Shown here piece after piece: positions 1 through 8,665 of a DNA stretch of 64,000 nucleotides (positions are counted from its first letter, which is position 1; each line of letters opens with the position of its first letter). The notes beneath the pieces are model-generated. The model was not told the origin of the DNA and made no database searches. It was given only the letters and a program-made list of their open reading frames with translations. This stretch comes from Candidatus Moraniibacteriota bacterium. GTDB lineage: Bacteria; Patescibacteriota; Minisyncoccia; Moranbacterales; UBA1568. Location of the stretch: positions 12,108 to 76,107 of the forward strand of contig JAUSGT010000002.1 in NCBI GenBank assembly GCA_030648835.1. Reading direction: 5' to 3'. A program made the translations under genes and the position numbers.

Positions 1-118
1 AGAATAATAACCGCAGCCAAGACTCTTCCTACCGGGAGATCCGTTCCTATAGTCGGATTCAAGGCAAACTGAAAAGGGAGGAGAAACAGAAAAATAAGCA
101 GTGCTTTTTCGAGCATAC

Positions 119-937
119 TCATACTTGAATCTTACGGAAAAAAAAGTGGAGAAACTTCAAAGCATTATTTTCCCATGTCGGCCGATGTTTCTCAAAATAC
201 TTCTTTTGAGAATCGTAAAAATGTTTTTTTTGAAGCTGTCGGGAGATTTGGCTCTTGCCGCCAAGATGGATAAGCGGGAACTGCGGGCAAGAGATCACCG
301 AGAACCCCAGCCGGCGTACAACCTTACACAAGTCTGCATCTTCAAAGTAGAGAAAAAACCGCTCATCAAAACCTCCAATTTCCGCGAACAAGGCCGCGCG
401 AACAAAAAGCGCGCCGCCACTGACCCAGTCTGAAGAAAAAGATTTCTGATTCTGGTAAGCCGCTCGCCGTACAGGCAAAAAATTATTAAGAGAAAGACTG
501 ATGAAACTCGGCTCTTCCCCAACACTCCAGGCTTCCGGTCGTCTCTTCGTATCAAAGAGCGCCATACCCAAAACGCCCACCTGGCGGTTTTCGCCAAAAA
601 CAGCGGCAATCTTCCGAAGGTAGGTACCTTCCCACAACACATCCGGATTGATGAACCCGAGAATCGCTCCTCTGGCCCGCCTGGCGCCAAGATTACACCC
701 ACAACCAAAACCGGTATTCTCGGAACTTTCTATCAAGAGAAACGGGAACGCCCGCTGCAAATTTTGTAGCGCGATCCTTTCCGAAGAATCGTTATTCACC
801 ACGATGACCTCAAAAAAATCGTCTGCTAACTCAAACGAAAAAAGGCTTTTCAGAGCCCCTGTGAGGTACCGAGCGCTCCGATAATTGACGAAAATAAGGG
901 AAACGGAGGGATTAGCGTTCATGAAAGTAATCCTCAT
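119..937 (-). CDS. Family 2 glycosyltransferase (GT2)
   Basis: N-terminus SLIFVNYRSARYL...VIVVNNDSSE is the GT2 nucleotide-sugar binding fold, with a DAD-like FEDADLCKV motif. Start at the internal Met (MRITF/MNANP) is chosen to avoid overlap with the next GT2. Confidence 0.7.
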   Translation of the reverse strand: MRITFMNANPSVSLIFVNYRSARYLTGALKSLFSFELADDFFEVIVVNNDSSERIALQNLQRAFPFLLIESSENTGFGCGCNLGARRARGAILGFINPDVLWEGTYLRKIAAVFGENRQVGVLGMALFDTKRRPEAWSVGEEPSFISLSLNNFLPVRRAAYQNQKSFSSDWVSGGALFVRAALFAEIGGFDERFFLYFEDADLCKVVRRLGFSVISCPQFPLIHLGGKSQISRQLQKKHFYDSQKKYFEKHRPTWENNALKFLHFFFRKIQV

Positions 938-1778
938 AAGCCCGCCTTGTCTCCAGAACATCAGAAGTTTTCTTCCACAGGAGATCAAAGCGATTTTTTA
1001 CTCTCCGTATTGTAACATACGCAAAGAAATATGGTCGCAAAAGAAAAGAAGCATATTTTTTAAAAAAAAGCAGCCCCGAATACACCAAAAAATAGGTTTT
1101 CTCCGAACGCAGTCGGCTCTCTTCGCTGTGCCACACTGATGCCCGAGGGGCGACGAGACAAGCAAATCCGGCCTGGGCAGCGCGCAGAGAATAGTCCGCG
1201 TCTTCGTAATACAGAAAAAAGCGCTCGTCCAAGAATCCGATAGCCTCAATCAGCTCTTTTTTTATCAGAAGCGCGCAACCGGTGAGAAATTCGCTCCGGT
1301 AACTTTCCGAGGAAGATTCTTCCCGACTCGGCCGGCTGTGAATCGCTCGCATCCGAAAAAAATCTATCTTCCCCTTGGCAAACCAGGGCTGGGCGCTTTC
1401 TTTTTCATAGATTACCGGGCTGAGGAGTCCGGCTTCAGGATGTTTTTGCGCTTCAGTAATAAGTTTTGTGAGAGCGACCGGATCCGTTTCCGTATCATAA
1501 TTGACAAGCCAGCACCACTCTGCGCCCCGCGCGAGCGCCAAACGTATCCCAATATTCATTCCCTTGGCAAAACCTTCATTCTTTGTATTACGGGCAAAGG
1601 TATGTTGCGGGGACATTCGCTCCGCTGTGAGCAATGAGTCGTCGGAAGAGCAATTATCAACAATGATAATTTCCCGATTAGAATATTCGAGCCCGTCCAA
1701 AGATTTCAGGCAAGCCGGGAGACAATTTTCACCATTGTAATTCAAAACAATGATGCCCACTTTTGGAATAGCAGCCAT
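912..1778 (-). CDS. Family 2 glycosyltransferase (GT2)
   Basis: GIIVLNYNGENCL...IIIVDNCSSDDS and YYEDADYSLR are GT2_2 hallmarks. It sits in an operon with the other GT2 and the flippase. Confidence 0.75.
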   Translation of the reverse strand: MAAIPKVGIIVLNYNGENCLPACLKSLDGLEYSNREIIIVDNCSSDDSLLTAERMSPQHTFARNTKNEGFAKGMNIGIRLALARGAEWCWLVNYDTETDPVALTKLITEAQKHPEAGLLSPVIYEKESAQPWFAKGKIDFFRMRAIHSRPSREESSSESYRSEFLTGCALLIKKELIEAIGFLDERFFLYYEDADYSLRAAQAGFACLVAPRASVWHSEESRLRSEKTYFLVYSGLLFFKKYASFLLRPYFFAYVTIRRVKNRFDLLWKKTSDVLETRRAYEDYFHER

Positions 1779-1816
1779 ATGGTTGAAAGAAGAGAAATGG
1801 AGGGGGATTCGACGTG

Positions 1817-3286
1817 CTAAGGTACCATCGTTTCCATTCGCTCAACCTCGGAAAGGGGAGCGACGCCATTCTCTTTTTGGAAAAGGCTGATGAGTTCTTC
1901 CGGGCTGATAGCTTTTGTAAGCCAGAGCATCCCCAAATAGACCAGGACTCCCACTCCTCCCGCGGCCAAAAAGGAATAGGGTTCAAGAAAAAAAAGTACC
2001 CCGCTCATAACCACCCCCGAAAGAAGAATCCTCCCGGTGTTTTCAAAGACGGGAACATAATGAATATGTTTGTAAACAAGGAAGCTGGTGAGAATGACCA
2101 CCAACATCTCGGTCAGGAGCGAAATGCTTGCCGCCCCCATATACGAAAAGCGCGGGATGAGAACAACGTTGAGAGCCAGGTTGAAGATAGCCGCGAAAAA
2201 AAGCGTCTGCATCAATTTCTTTTGGGCATTCCCCACAATAAGCAACATATTGAAATAATTCCCGAAAAATATAAACCCCAGAGCAAAGATGAGAATCCGC
2301 AGTACCGGGGCAGATTCCGGAAAACCGCTGCCGCTCACAATGCGGATGATATCATCGGAGAGAAACCATGTCCCGGCCACAATCGGCACCACGATAATAA
2401 TAAAAACCTTGAATGTTTTGTTGGCGATTTCTTCAAAGCGACCCCTCTCCGTAAAAATAAATCGTGAAAGAAGAGGGAGAATAAGCCCTGCCAACATCGC
2501 AGGGAAAAAAATGAGGTTCTCCATAATCTTGTAGGCGACGTTGTAGATGCCGACCTCTGCATTCGACTGCAAGACCGAAAGAAGAATGGTGTCCATCTTA
2601 AAATAGGTAAAGGTAATGATGGCCGTTGCCCCCATAGGCAACGACTCGCGGAGAAATCCTTTCCAATAAACAAAGTCAATGCGCGGAGAAAACCGTACGT
2701 AGCGCCGGGAGAGATAAAGAACAACTAGCGCGTTGAAAGAAAGCGAGGCGAGGAGTGTCGAAGCGATGGCGAGAAACCCCCAATCCGCTCTCACAATAAG
2801 AATCACCAACCCCACCTGAAAGAGCTTCCCTAAAAATTCCACCAGAGCGACCTTGTCCATCGCAAGACGTTTCTGGAAAATGCCGTTGAGCAAAAGCGAC
2901 GTTGTGGAAAAAAGAATCGCACCCGCCGCGATAAAAATGCCTATTTTCAGTTCGGGGGAGTAATGAAAAAACATTACCAGAAGCGGTGAGAGGAGAAAAA
3001 CAACAAAGGATGTCATCAGCCGGAGAGAAAAAACTCGGCTGAGAATCCGGCCCTCATCGGCTCCTTCACGAGAGATCTCCCGCACCGTCACGGAGCTCAA
3101 CCCAAGATCGGCTAAAGCCGAAAAAAAGGCAAAGAAGGCGAGGACCGTCGAATAGGCGCCAAACCCTTCTTGTCCCAAGTACCCGGTAATCAGACGGATA
3201 GAAAGCAAGGAAAGTGCCACCGTAGAAAACACTTTCAGAAAAGAATTGAAAATCACGTTGTAAGCGATTTTGCGCGCGAGGGCCAT
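1817..3286 (-). CDS. Polysaccharide biosynthesis protein, MOP/Wzx-type flippase
   Basis: 489 aa with about 12-14 predicted TM helices. The N-terminus KIAYNVIFNSFLKVFSTVALSLLSIRLITGYLGQEGFGAYS is typical of the Wzx/polysaccharide-biosynthesis family. It is adjacent to two GT2 genes. Confidence 0.7.
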   Translation of the reverse strand: MALARKIAYNVIFNSFLKVFSTVALSLLSIRLITGYLGQEGFGAYSTVLAFFAFFSALADLGLSSVTVREISREGADEGRILSRVFSLRLMTSFVVFLLSPLLVMFFHYSPELKIGIFIAAGAILFSTTSLLLNGIFQKRLAMDKVALVEFLGKLFQVGLVILIVRADWGFLAIASTLLASLSFNALVVLYLSRRYVRFSPRIDFVYWKGFLRESLPMGATAIITFTYFKMDTILLSVLQSNAEVGIYNVAYKIMENLIFFPAMLAGLILPLLSRFIFTERGRFEEIANKTFKVFIIIVVPIVAGTWFLSDDIIRIVSGSGFPESAPVLRILIFALGFIFFGNYFNMLLIVGNAQKKLMQTLFFAAIFNLALNVVLIPRFSYMGAASISLLTEMLVVILTSFLVYKHIHYVPVFENTGRILLSGVVMSGVLFFLEPYSFLAAGGVGVLVYLGMLWLTKAISPEELISLFQKENGVAPLSEVERMETMVP

Positions 3287-3309
3287 AGGATTTTGTTTTA
3301 CAAGCTTGC

Positions 3310-3801
3310 TCAGGCAACCTCTAGAGGCTCGCTCTCTGGCTTTGGGCTGACCATAATTTTTCTTTCATCCCCCTGACCGACACTCTCCGTCATTATCTTC
3401 GGGTTTTCGAAAAGAAAAGAGTGAATGATCTTGCGTTCATAGGGGAGCATCGGCCGCAGAGCCACGGAAATATTGTCTCGCAATGCCTCTTCCGCCGCTT
3501 TCCCGGCTTCTTTTTCCAAAAGAGTCTTCTTCTCGGAAAAATAATCGTTCACGTCCACAATAACATTGAGTCTCTCTTCTGTTTTTTTGCGAAGCATCAC
3601 CCGAACGAGGTGTTGGACGGCGGCAAGATTCGCGCCATACTGCCCAATCAAAAAATTCTGGTCCCGCTCCACGCGCGCCTTGCAGAAGAATGCCCCCAAA
3701 GTCCCCTCTTGAGGAACCACCTCGACTACTGCCTCAAATCCAAGCTTTTGCAAAAGCCCCAGAACGGTTTCTTCAATAATTTCTTGATGCGTTTTTGACA
3801 T
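3310..3801 (-). CDS. jag: Jag/KhpB-type RNA-binding protein (KH + R3H domains)
   Basis: It has a C-terminal R3H-like segment, the usual Jag size, and the conserved position downstream of yidC in the rnpA-yidC-jag cluster. Confidence 0.7.
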   Translation of the reverse strand: MSKTHQEIIEETVLGLLQKLGFEAVVEVVPQEGTLGAFFCKARVERDQNFLIGQYGANLAAVQHLVRVMLRKKTEERLNVIVDVNDYFSEKKTLLEKEAGKAAEEALRDNISVALRPMLPYERKIIHSFLFENPKIMTESVGQGDERKIMVSPKPESEPLEVA

Positions 3802-3811
3802 ACACTCTTTC

Positions 3812-4540
3812 TTACACTTTCGGCTTAAAAATAATCCGCTGTTGAAAAATCATAAACAGTGTCGAGAAGAACCAATACAACGCCAGGGCAGCCGGGAAAG
3901 TAGCTCCAATAAAAAGCGTCAATCCGGGGCCGAGATAGAGCATTTGCTTATTCATTATAGCGGTAAAGTCCGGCTCTGTAGAGGCCCCTCCCTTCGGTTT
4001 TGGTATATTATTTTGGCTCTGAAAAAGCATTTTCGTCTGATAATACTGGGCGGCGGCGGAAAGGATGGCAAGTATGTAGTTTGGCTTCGTCAGATCCATA
4101 ATCCGCAAAAAGAAGTGATTTATTGCTCCTGGGTCAGGAATAAAAGCGTATAAATCGCTTGGATTAACCACAAATCCGGCCTCCGAGATGTTGATAATCA
4201 CCCGGTAGATGGCAATAAGAAAAAAAAGCTGAATAATAAGCGGCAAACAACCGGAAAATGGGTTGGTTTTGTTCACCTTGTAAAATTCCATGATGGCTTT
4301 TGTCTGCTGCTCCTTGTTGTTCTTATACTTCTCTTGCAACTCCTTGATTTTCGGCTGCAGCTCCTGCATTTTCTTTTGCGACTCAATCTGCTTTTTGGAA
4401 AGGGGTACCAGAAGGAACTTCAAAACAAGCGTCGTGAGAATAACTGCTATGCCAAAGTCATGCCCGGGGATAACATTATAAAAAAATATCAGGGCATTGT
4501 AGAGCGGCTGGTAGATAAAAATATCAAAAATATGGAGCAT
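3812..4540 (-). CDS. yidC: Membrane protein insertase YidC (short form)
   Basis: 242 aa. Hydrophobic core motifs (LTTLVLKFLLVPLSKKQIESQKKMQELQPKIKELQEKY, then NPFSGCLPLIIQLFFLIAIY) match the YidC/Oxa1 60 kDa_IMP domain. It is directly downstream of rnpA. Confidence 0.85.
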   Translation of the reverse strand: MLHIFDIFIYQPLYNALIFFYNVIPGHDFGIAVILTTLVLKFLLVPLSKKQIESQKKMQELQPKIKELQEKYKNNKEQQTKAIMEFYKVNKTNPFSGCLPLIIQLFFLIAIYRVIINISEAGFVVNPSDLYAFIPDPGAINHFFLRIMDLTKPNYILAILSAAAQYYQTKMLFQSQNNIPKPKGGASTEPDFTAIMNKQMLYLGPGLTLFIGATFPAALALYWFFSTLFMIFQQRIIFKPKV

Positions 4541-4549
4541 AAGACTGAA

Positions 4550-4888
4550 TTATTTTGCTTTTTTTAAACTTTGGAAAAGGTTCCCCGTTATCTGCCGCGC
4601 TCCCTCAATTCCTAATTTTTTTGGCTTTCTTACGGTAAAAAACACGATATCCCCGCCTTTCGGCCACTCCTCCCTCAGTTGAAAAAATGCTTCGGAGAGG
4701 ACGCGACGCAGACGATTTCGGTCAACCGCCAGAGGGACGTGCTTCTTACTGAAAGAAAACCCCAACCGGATGCCCGGTTTATCCGGCAAATACCGGCAGC
4801 CGATCTCGCTAAAAAAAAGAGGCTTACCGAAGCGAAAGACTCTCTCAAAATCCTCTTTTTTTCGCAAACGAAAGCCTTTTTTTAACAT
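4550..4888 (-). CDS. rnpA: Ribonuclease P protein component
   Basis: 112 aa basic protein. The RLRKKEDFERVF...LGFSFSKKHVPLAVDRNRLRR motif is the RnpA signature. It sits in the rpmH-rnpA-yidC context. Confidence 0.85.
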   Translation of the reverse strand: MLKKGFRLRKKEDFERVFRFGKPLFFSEIGCRYLPDKPGIRLGFSFSKKHVPLAVDRNRLRRVLSEAFFQLREEWPKGGDIVFFTVRKPKKLGIEGARQITGNLFQSLKKAK

Positions 4889-4891
4889 ATT

Positions 4892-5032
4892 TTACGCGAC
4901 TGTCAGCTTCTTTCTCCCCTCTCTCCGACGACGAGCGACAACCTTCTTCCCCCCGACAGTGCTCATCCGCTTCAAAAATCCATGCCGTCGCGCGCGTTTA
5001 CGGGTTTTCGGCTGATAGGTTCTCTTTGGCAT
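4892..5032 (-). CDS. rpmH: 50S ribosomal protein L34
   Basis: Not in the ORF track because it is under 60 aa. The reverse-complement translates to [46 protein letters not shown] (46 aa), a near-canonical L34, ending 4 nt upstream of the rnpA start. Confidence 0.85.
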   Translation of the reverse strand: MPKRTYQPKTRKRARRHGFLKRMSTVGGKKVVARRRREGRKKLTVA

Positions 5033-5099
5033 ACAATAAAATTACATCTTAGATGACCGAACGTTTTTTCAGTGTACCAGAAAACTGACGAAAGTCAAT

Positions 5100-5229
5100 C
5101 ACAGGGCTGTGTTTGCGGTTATGCACCGCTTATCCACTCTTCATGCACTTGCTCTCCCTCGCTCCATTTGTTTGCTCGTGATATAATACATTTCACTGTT
5201 TTCACGATCTCCACGATAAGCACTACTCT
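5100..5229. promoter_or_regulatory. DnaA-box cluster and dnaA promoter region upstream of dnaA
   Basis: TTATCCACT at about 5130-5138 and further degenerate boxes (TTATGCACC, GCTTATCGT). An extended -10 (TGaTATAAT, 5179-5187) lies about 40 nt before the dnaA ATG. Confidence 0.5.
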
Positions 5230-6645
5230 ATGACAAACGAGGATCTCTGGAAGGCTGTACTCGGCCAAATTGAGCTTTCTATTTCCAAAGCAAATTTTAT
5301 CACCTGGTTTAAAAATACACTTATCCTGAACAACCAGGACGGAGTGGTAACCATCGGTGTCCCAAACGGATTTGCGAAAGAGTGGTTGGAAAACAAATAC
5401 AATCTGTACATTTTGCGTGCCCTAAAAAGTTTTGACGAGAGCGTCAAGACTATCCACTGTGTTATCGCGCCAGAAAGAGTGAGTAGCATAACGCCAAACG
5501 TTGATTCCCTGAAAAATGTCGACGCCGTAAAGCCGCCCGAAAACACCGGTTTTGTACGAAAAAGGCTCATTGAAAAGCCGTTTTTTACCGCAACTGGGCC
5601 ATCAACAACCACTTTTCATGAAACCAACCTCAACAACCGCTATACGTTTGAAAACTTCATTGTGGCCGAAAATAATGAACTGGCGCGAGCGGCCTGCTAT
5701 GCCGTTTCACAAAACCTGGGGATGGCGTATAACCCACTTTTCATCTATGGTGGCGTGGGGCTTGGGAAAACCCACCTTCTCCAGTCAATCGGAAATGAAG
5801 TGGCAAAAAGCTCACCGGAAAAGAGAATCAAGTATATCAATTCGGAGCGTTTTACCACGGAACTCGTTGATTCCATCAAAAATCAGAAAATCGATAAGTT
5901 CAAAGAGTACTATCAGCAAATGGATCTCCTGATTATCGATGATATCCAGTTCCTCGCCGGGCGAGAAAAGACTCAGAATGAATTCTTCCATATTTTTAAC
6001 ACTCTCTACCAAATAAACAAACAGATTGTCATATCGAGCGACCGCCCACCCAAAGCTATCCCCACGCTGGAGGAACGTCTGCGCTCCCGCTTCGAAGGAG
6101 GGATGATAGCGGACATCAGCCGCCCGAACCTCGAGACGAGAATCGCCATTTTGGAATCCAAAATCGCGGAAAAGGGCTTCATTATCGACGCCCCGGCAAT
6201 CCGCTTCATTGCGGAACACATCACCCAAAATATCCGTGAGCTCGAGGGGGCGCTCAACCGCGTTATCGCCTTTTCCGAATTCCACAAGATCTCCCCAACG
6301 CTCGAAAACACGGAGAAAATCCTTTCCCAGCTCATCGAAAACAACAAAAAAACCATCCAGGTGGAGGATGTTTTCCGTACGGTTTCGGAATTTTATGGCG
6401 TTACAAAAGAAGCCCTGGTCAAAAAAGGACGGAAAAAAGAAGTTTCCCATCCTCGTCAAGTAATGATGTTTTTCCTCCGCACGGAACTTCAAACGCCCTT
6501 CTCCGCTATCGGAGAAATTCTTGGCGGGAGAGACCATACAACCGCACTCCACGCCTTTGAAAAAATAAATACCAATAAAGAAACCCACGCGCGCCTCAAA
6601 GAGGAGCTCAGCACGCTCAAAGATCGACTCTACTACCCAGCCTAG
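5230..6645 (+). CDS. dnaA: Chromosomal replication initiator protein DnaA
   Basis: 471 aa. Walker A GVGLGKTHLLQSIGNE, an AAA+ domain, a C-terminal DnaA-box-binding domain, and the N-terminus MTNEDLWKAVLGQIELSISKANFITWF. Confidence 0.95.
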   Translation: MTNEDLWKAVLGQIELSISKANFITWFKNTLILNNQDGVVTIGVPNGFAKEWLENKYNLYILRALKSFDESVKTIHCVIAPERVSSITPNVDSLKNVDAVKPPENTGFVRKRLIEKPFFTATGPSTTTFHETNLNNRYTFENFIVAENNELARAACYAVSQNLGMAYNPLFIYGGVGLGKTHLLQSIGNEVAKSSPEKRIKYINSERFTTELVDSIKNQKIDKFKEYYQQMDLLIIDDIQFLAGREKTQNEFFHIFNTLYQINKQIVISSDRPPKAIPTLEERLRSRFEGGMIADISRPNLETRIAILESKIAEKGFIIDAPAIRFIAEHITQNIRELEGALNRVIAFSEFHKISPTLENTEKILSQLIENNKKTIQVEDVFRTVSEFYGVTKEALVKKGRKKEVSHPRQVMMFFLRTELQTPFSAIGEILGGRDHTTALHAFEKINTNKETHARLKEELSTLKDRLYYPA

Positions 6646-6909
6646 AGAAATTCAGTGGATAAGGCTGTATAACCCCCATAACCCCCGTGTATTTTTTTTG
6701 TATAGGTTCCGCGCTTCGGTGAATAAAAACAACCTCTATAAAAATTTCCCAGAGTTATCCTTACTATTACAAATATTCACCCGCATTCCATCCTAATTAT
6801 CACTCCAAAAAACCCATAGATAAAACAAATAGTCCACTTATCCAGATAGTCACAACACTAATCATAATAATAAATTTATATATATAATTAAGAGAATATT
6901 ATAACTTCT
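6646..6909. promoter_or_regulatory. Candidate oriC (dnaA-dnaN intergenic region: DnaA boxes plus AT-rich unwinding element)
   Basis: GTGGATAAG (6655-6663, reverse orientation), TTATCCTTA (6755-6763), TTATCCAGA (6838-6846). Then an extremely AT-rich tract ATAATAATAAATTTATATATATAATTAAGAGAATATTATAA at 6860-6905, immediately before dnaN. Confidence 0.6.
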
Positions 6910-8061
6910 ATGAAACTTATCTGCACCCAAGAAAATCTAAGTCGAGCAATTTCTTGTCTGGAAAGAATCGCCGGGAGACAATCCGCTTTACCGATCCTTA
7001 GTAATTTTCTTTTGGAAACAGAGAAAGGAAGATTGAAAATATCGGCAACAAATTTGGAAATAGGAGGAATTATTTATATTGGGGCAAAAATAGAAAAAGA
7101 AGGGAAGGTTGCCATTCCAGGGAAAGTGCTCTGTAACTTTATTTATAACCTACCCGCGGGGGACGTATTACAGCTGGAGAGTGATAAAGAAGGCTTAAAA
7201 ATAGAGAGCGCGGCATACCAAGTGAAGATAAAAGGAGTGGACGGAAAAGATTTTCCCATCATCCCCCAGTATAAAGAAGAATACCCCTATTCTTTCCCGG
7301 CCCAAAAATTAAAAACCGCCCTTTCCCGGCTTCTGTTTTGTGTGAGTTTGAACAACGCTCGCTTGGAGTTGACGGGCGTTCATGTATTTTTTTATAAAGA
7401 CCAGATCCATTTGGCGGCAACGGACAGTTTTCGTCTTGCCGAGGAAATTATCCTTGTTGCCGGAGGAGGAGAAAGCCAAAGCGACTTTCTTTCCAAAAAT
7501 CAAAGCCTCATTATTCCCGGGAATACCCTTCAGGAGATTATCCGCGTGATTACTCCCGAAAGCCAGGAGGTGAAAATCGCTCTCAAGGAGAACCAGATAT
7601 TTTTTGAGATAGACGGAGTACAAATAATCTCCCGCAGTATCAACGGGAAATACCCGGATTATAAACAAATTATCCCGAAGGAATTTGTACTTTCTGTGAT
7701 ATTGGAGAAAGAGGTTTTCCAAAGGGCGGTAAAAATCGCGAGCGGGTTCTCTTCTTACAACTCCGGTGAGATAGCCCTCACGTTCCAATCAGGAGAAAAA
7801 CAATGCGTAGTTTCTTCACAGTCGGCTGAGACCGGTGAGAACAAAACCACCTTGCCGATAGAAGTGCAAAAGGCCGGACCCACGTTGACGATCATTTTCA
7901 ACCCCCGGTATGTTTTAGAGGGAATAAATGCCCTGCCGGGAGAAAAGATCCTTTTTCTTGCCAACAACAGCTCTAGCCCGGCGGCGCTTCGGGCGTACAC
8001 CGAAGAGAGTGGTACTCTCGCGGGGGACTACCTCTATATTATGATGCCGATACGGAAGTAA
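6910..8061 (+). CDS. dnaN: DNA polymerase III beta subunit (sliding clamp)
   Basis: 383 aa with a three-domain beta-clamp pattern. N-terminus MKLICTQENLSRAISCLERIAGRQSALPILSNFLLE. Located immediately after dnaA. Confidence 0.9.
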   Translation: MKLICTQENLSRAISCLERIAGRQSALPILSNFLLETEKGRLKISATNLEIGGIIYIGAKIEKEGKVAIPGKVLCNFIYNLPAGDVLQLESDKEGLKIESAAYQVKIKGVDGKDFPIIPQYKEEYPYSFPAQKLKTALSRLLFCVSLNNARLELTGVHVFFYKDQIHLAATDSFRLAEEIILVAGGGESQSDFLSKNQSLIIPGNTLQEIIRVITPESQEVKIALKENQIFFEIDGVQIISRSINGKYPDYKQIIPKEFVLSVILEKEVFQRAVKIASGFSSYNSGEIALTFQSGEKQCVVSSQSAETGENKTTLPIEVQKAGPTLTIIFNPRYVLEGINALPGEKILFLANNSSSPAALRAYTEESGTLAGDYLYIMMPIRK

Positions 8062-8322
8062 TTGTTAAAAATAATCAATAATTAACGGGAAACAACATTG
8101 TTTACATGTACCAAAGGCGAGTGAGTATTTTAAGTAATACGCACTTGGGAGGAGATGCGGGATCCAGAGGGTGGTGTTTCTTCTACAAACAGGTTTCTTG
8201 GCAGGTACCCTGGATCCTCGGGTCAAGCCCGAGGATGACAAGAGAAAAGGAATTCTCTGTTAGAAAACAAAAAACTATAAACAACGCTCTAGTATCTAAC
8301 TGTTATTTGTCGACTGACAGCT

Positions 8323-8613
8323 ATGAGGACGCTCAAGGAACTCCTTCCGAGGAAACAGCTCACCATACCGAAAGAAATTGATGAGAAAACCATATTTCAC
8401 ATTGCCAAACAGGTTTTGATCGAGGAATACGGCGCGCGTGGTGGAGAAAATATCATTCCCAGTTATTACAAGAACAAGAAACTTTTTTTGTCTCCCAGAA
8501 GCTCCCTGTGGAGCAGCGAAGCGTATCTGATGCGCGAACACCTGGTCTCACGCATCAACGCCATTCTCGGCAGCGAAGCAGTGAAGGAAATAAAAATCGC
8601 TCAGCAGATGTGA
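8323..8613 (+). CDS. DUF721 / DciA-like small protein
   Basis: 96 aa. The C-terminal segment LSPRSSLWSSEAYLMREHLVSRINAILGSEAVKEIKI resembles the DUF721 family, which is usually found next to dnaA/dnaN/recF. Confidence 0.5.
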   Translation: MRTLKELLPRKQLTIPKEIDEKTIFHIAKQVLIEEYGARGGENIIPSYYKNKKLFLSPRSSLWSSEAYLMREHLVSRINAILGSEAVKEIKIAQQM

Positions 8614-8665
8614 AACAACAAAAATAAAAGCCCCGCTCGAGCGGGGCTGTGTCTCTCGGTTTCTT

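Noticed and set aside
101-433. 110-aa plus-strand ORF at the window start
   Set aside because: It overlaps the GT2 gene on the opposite strand and has no family resemblance.
5812-6588. 258-aa minus-strand ORF inside dnaA. There are similar long antisense ORFs at 9029-9877, 9911-10621, 12268-13242, 19865-20884, 21858-22580, 22668-23747, 26302-26988, 30569-31462, 54942-55895, 56522-57112.
   Set aside because: Each lies entirely within a well-supported gene on the opposite strand. They lack RBS contexts and have biased, low-complexity composition typical of antisense shadows.
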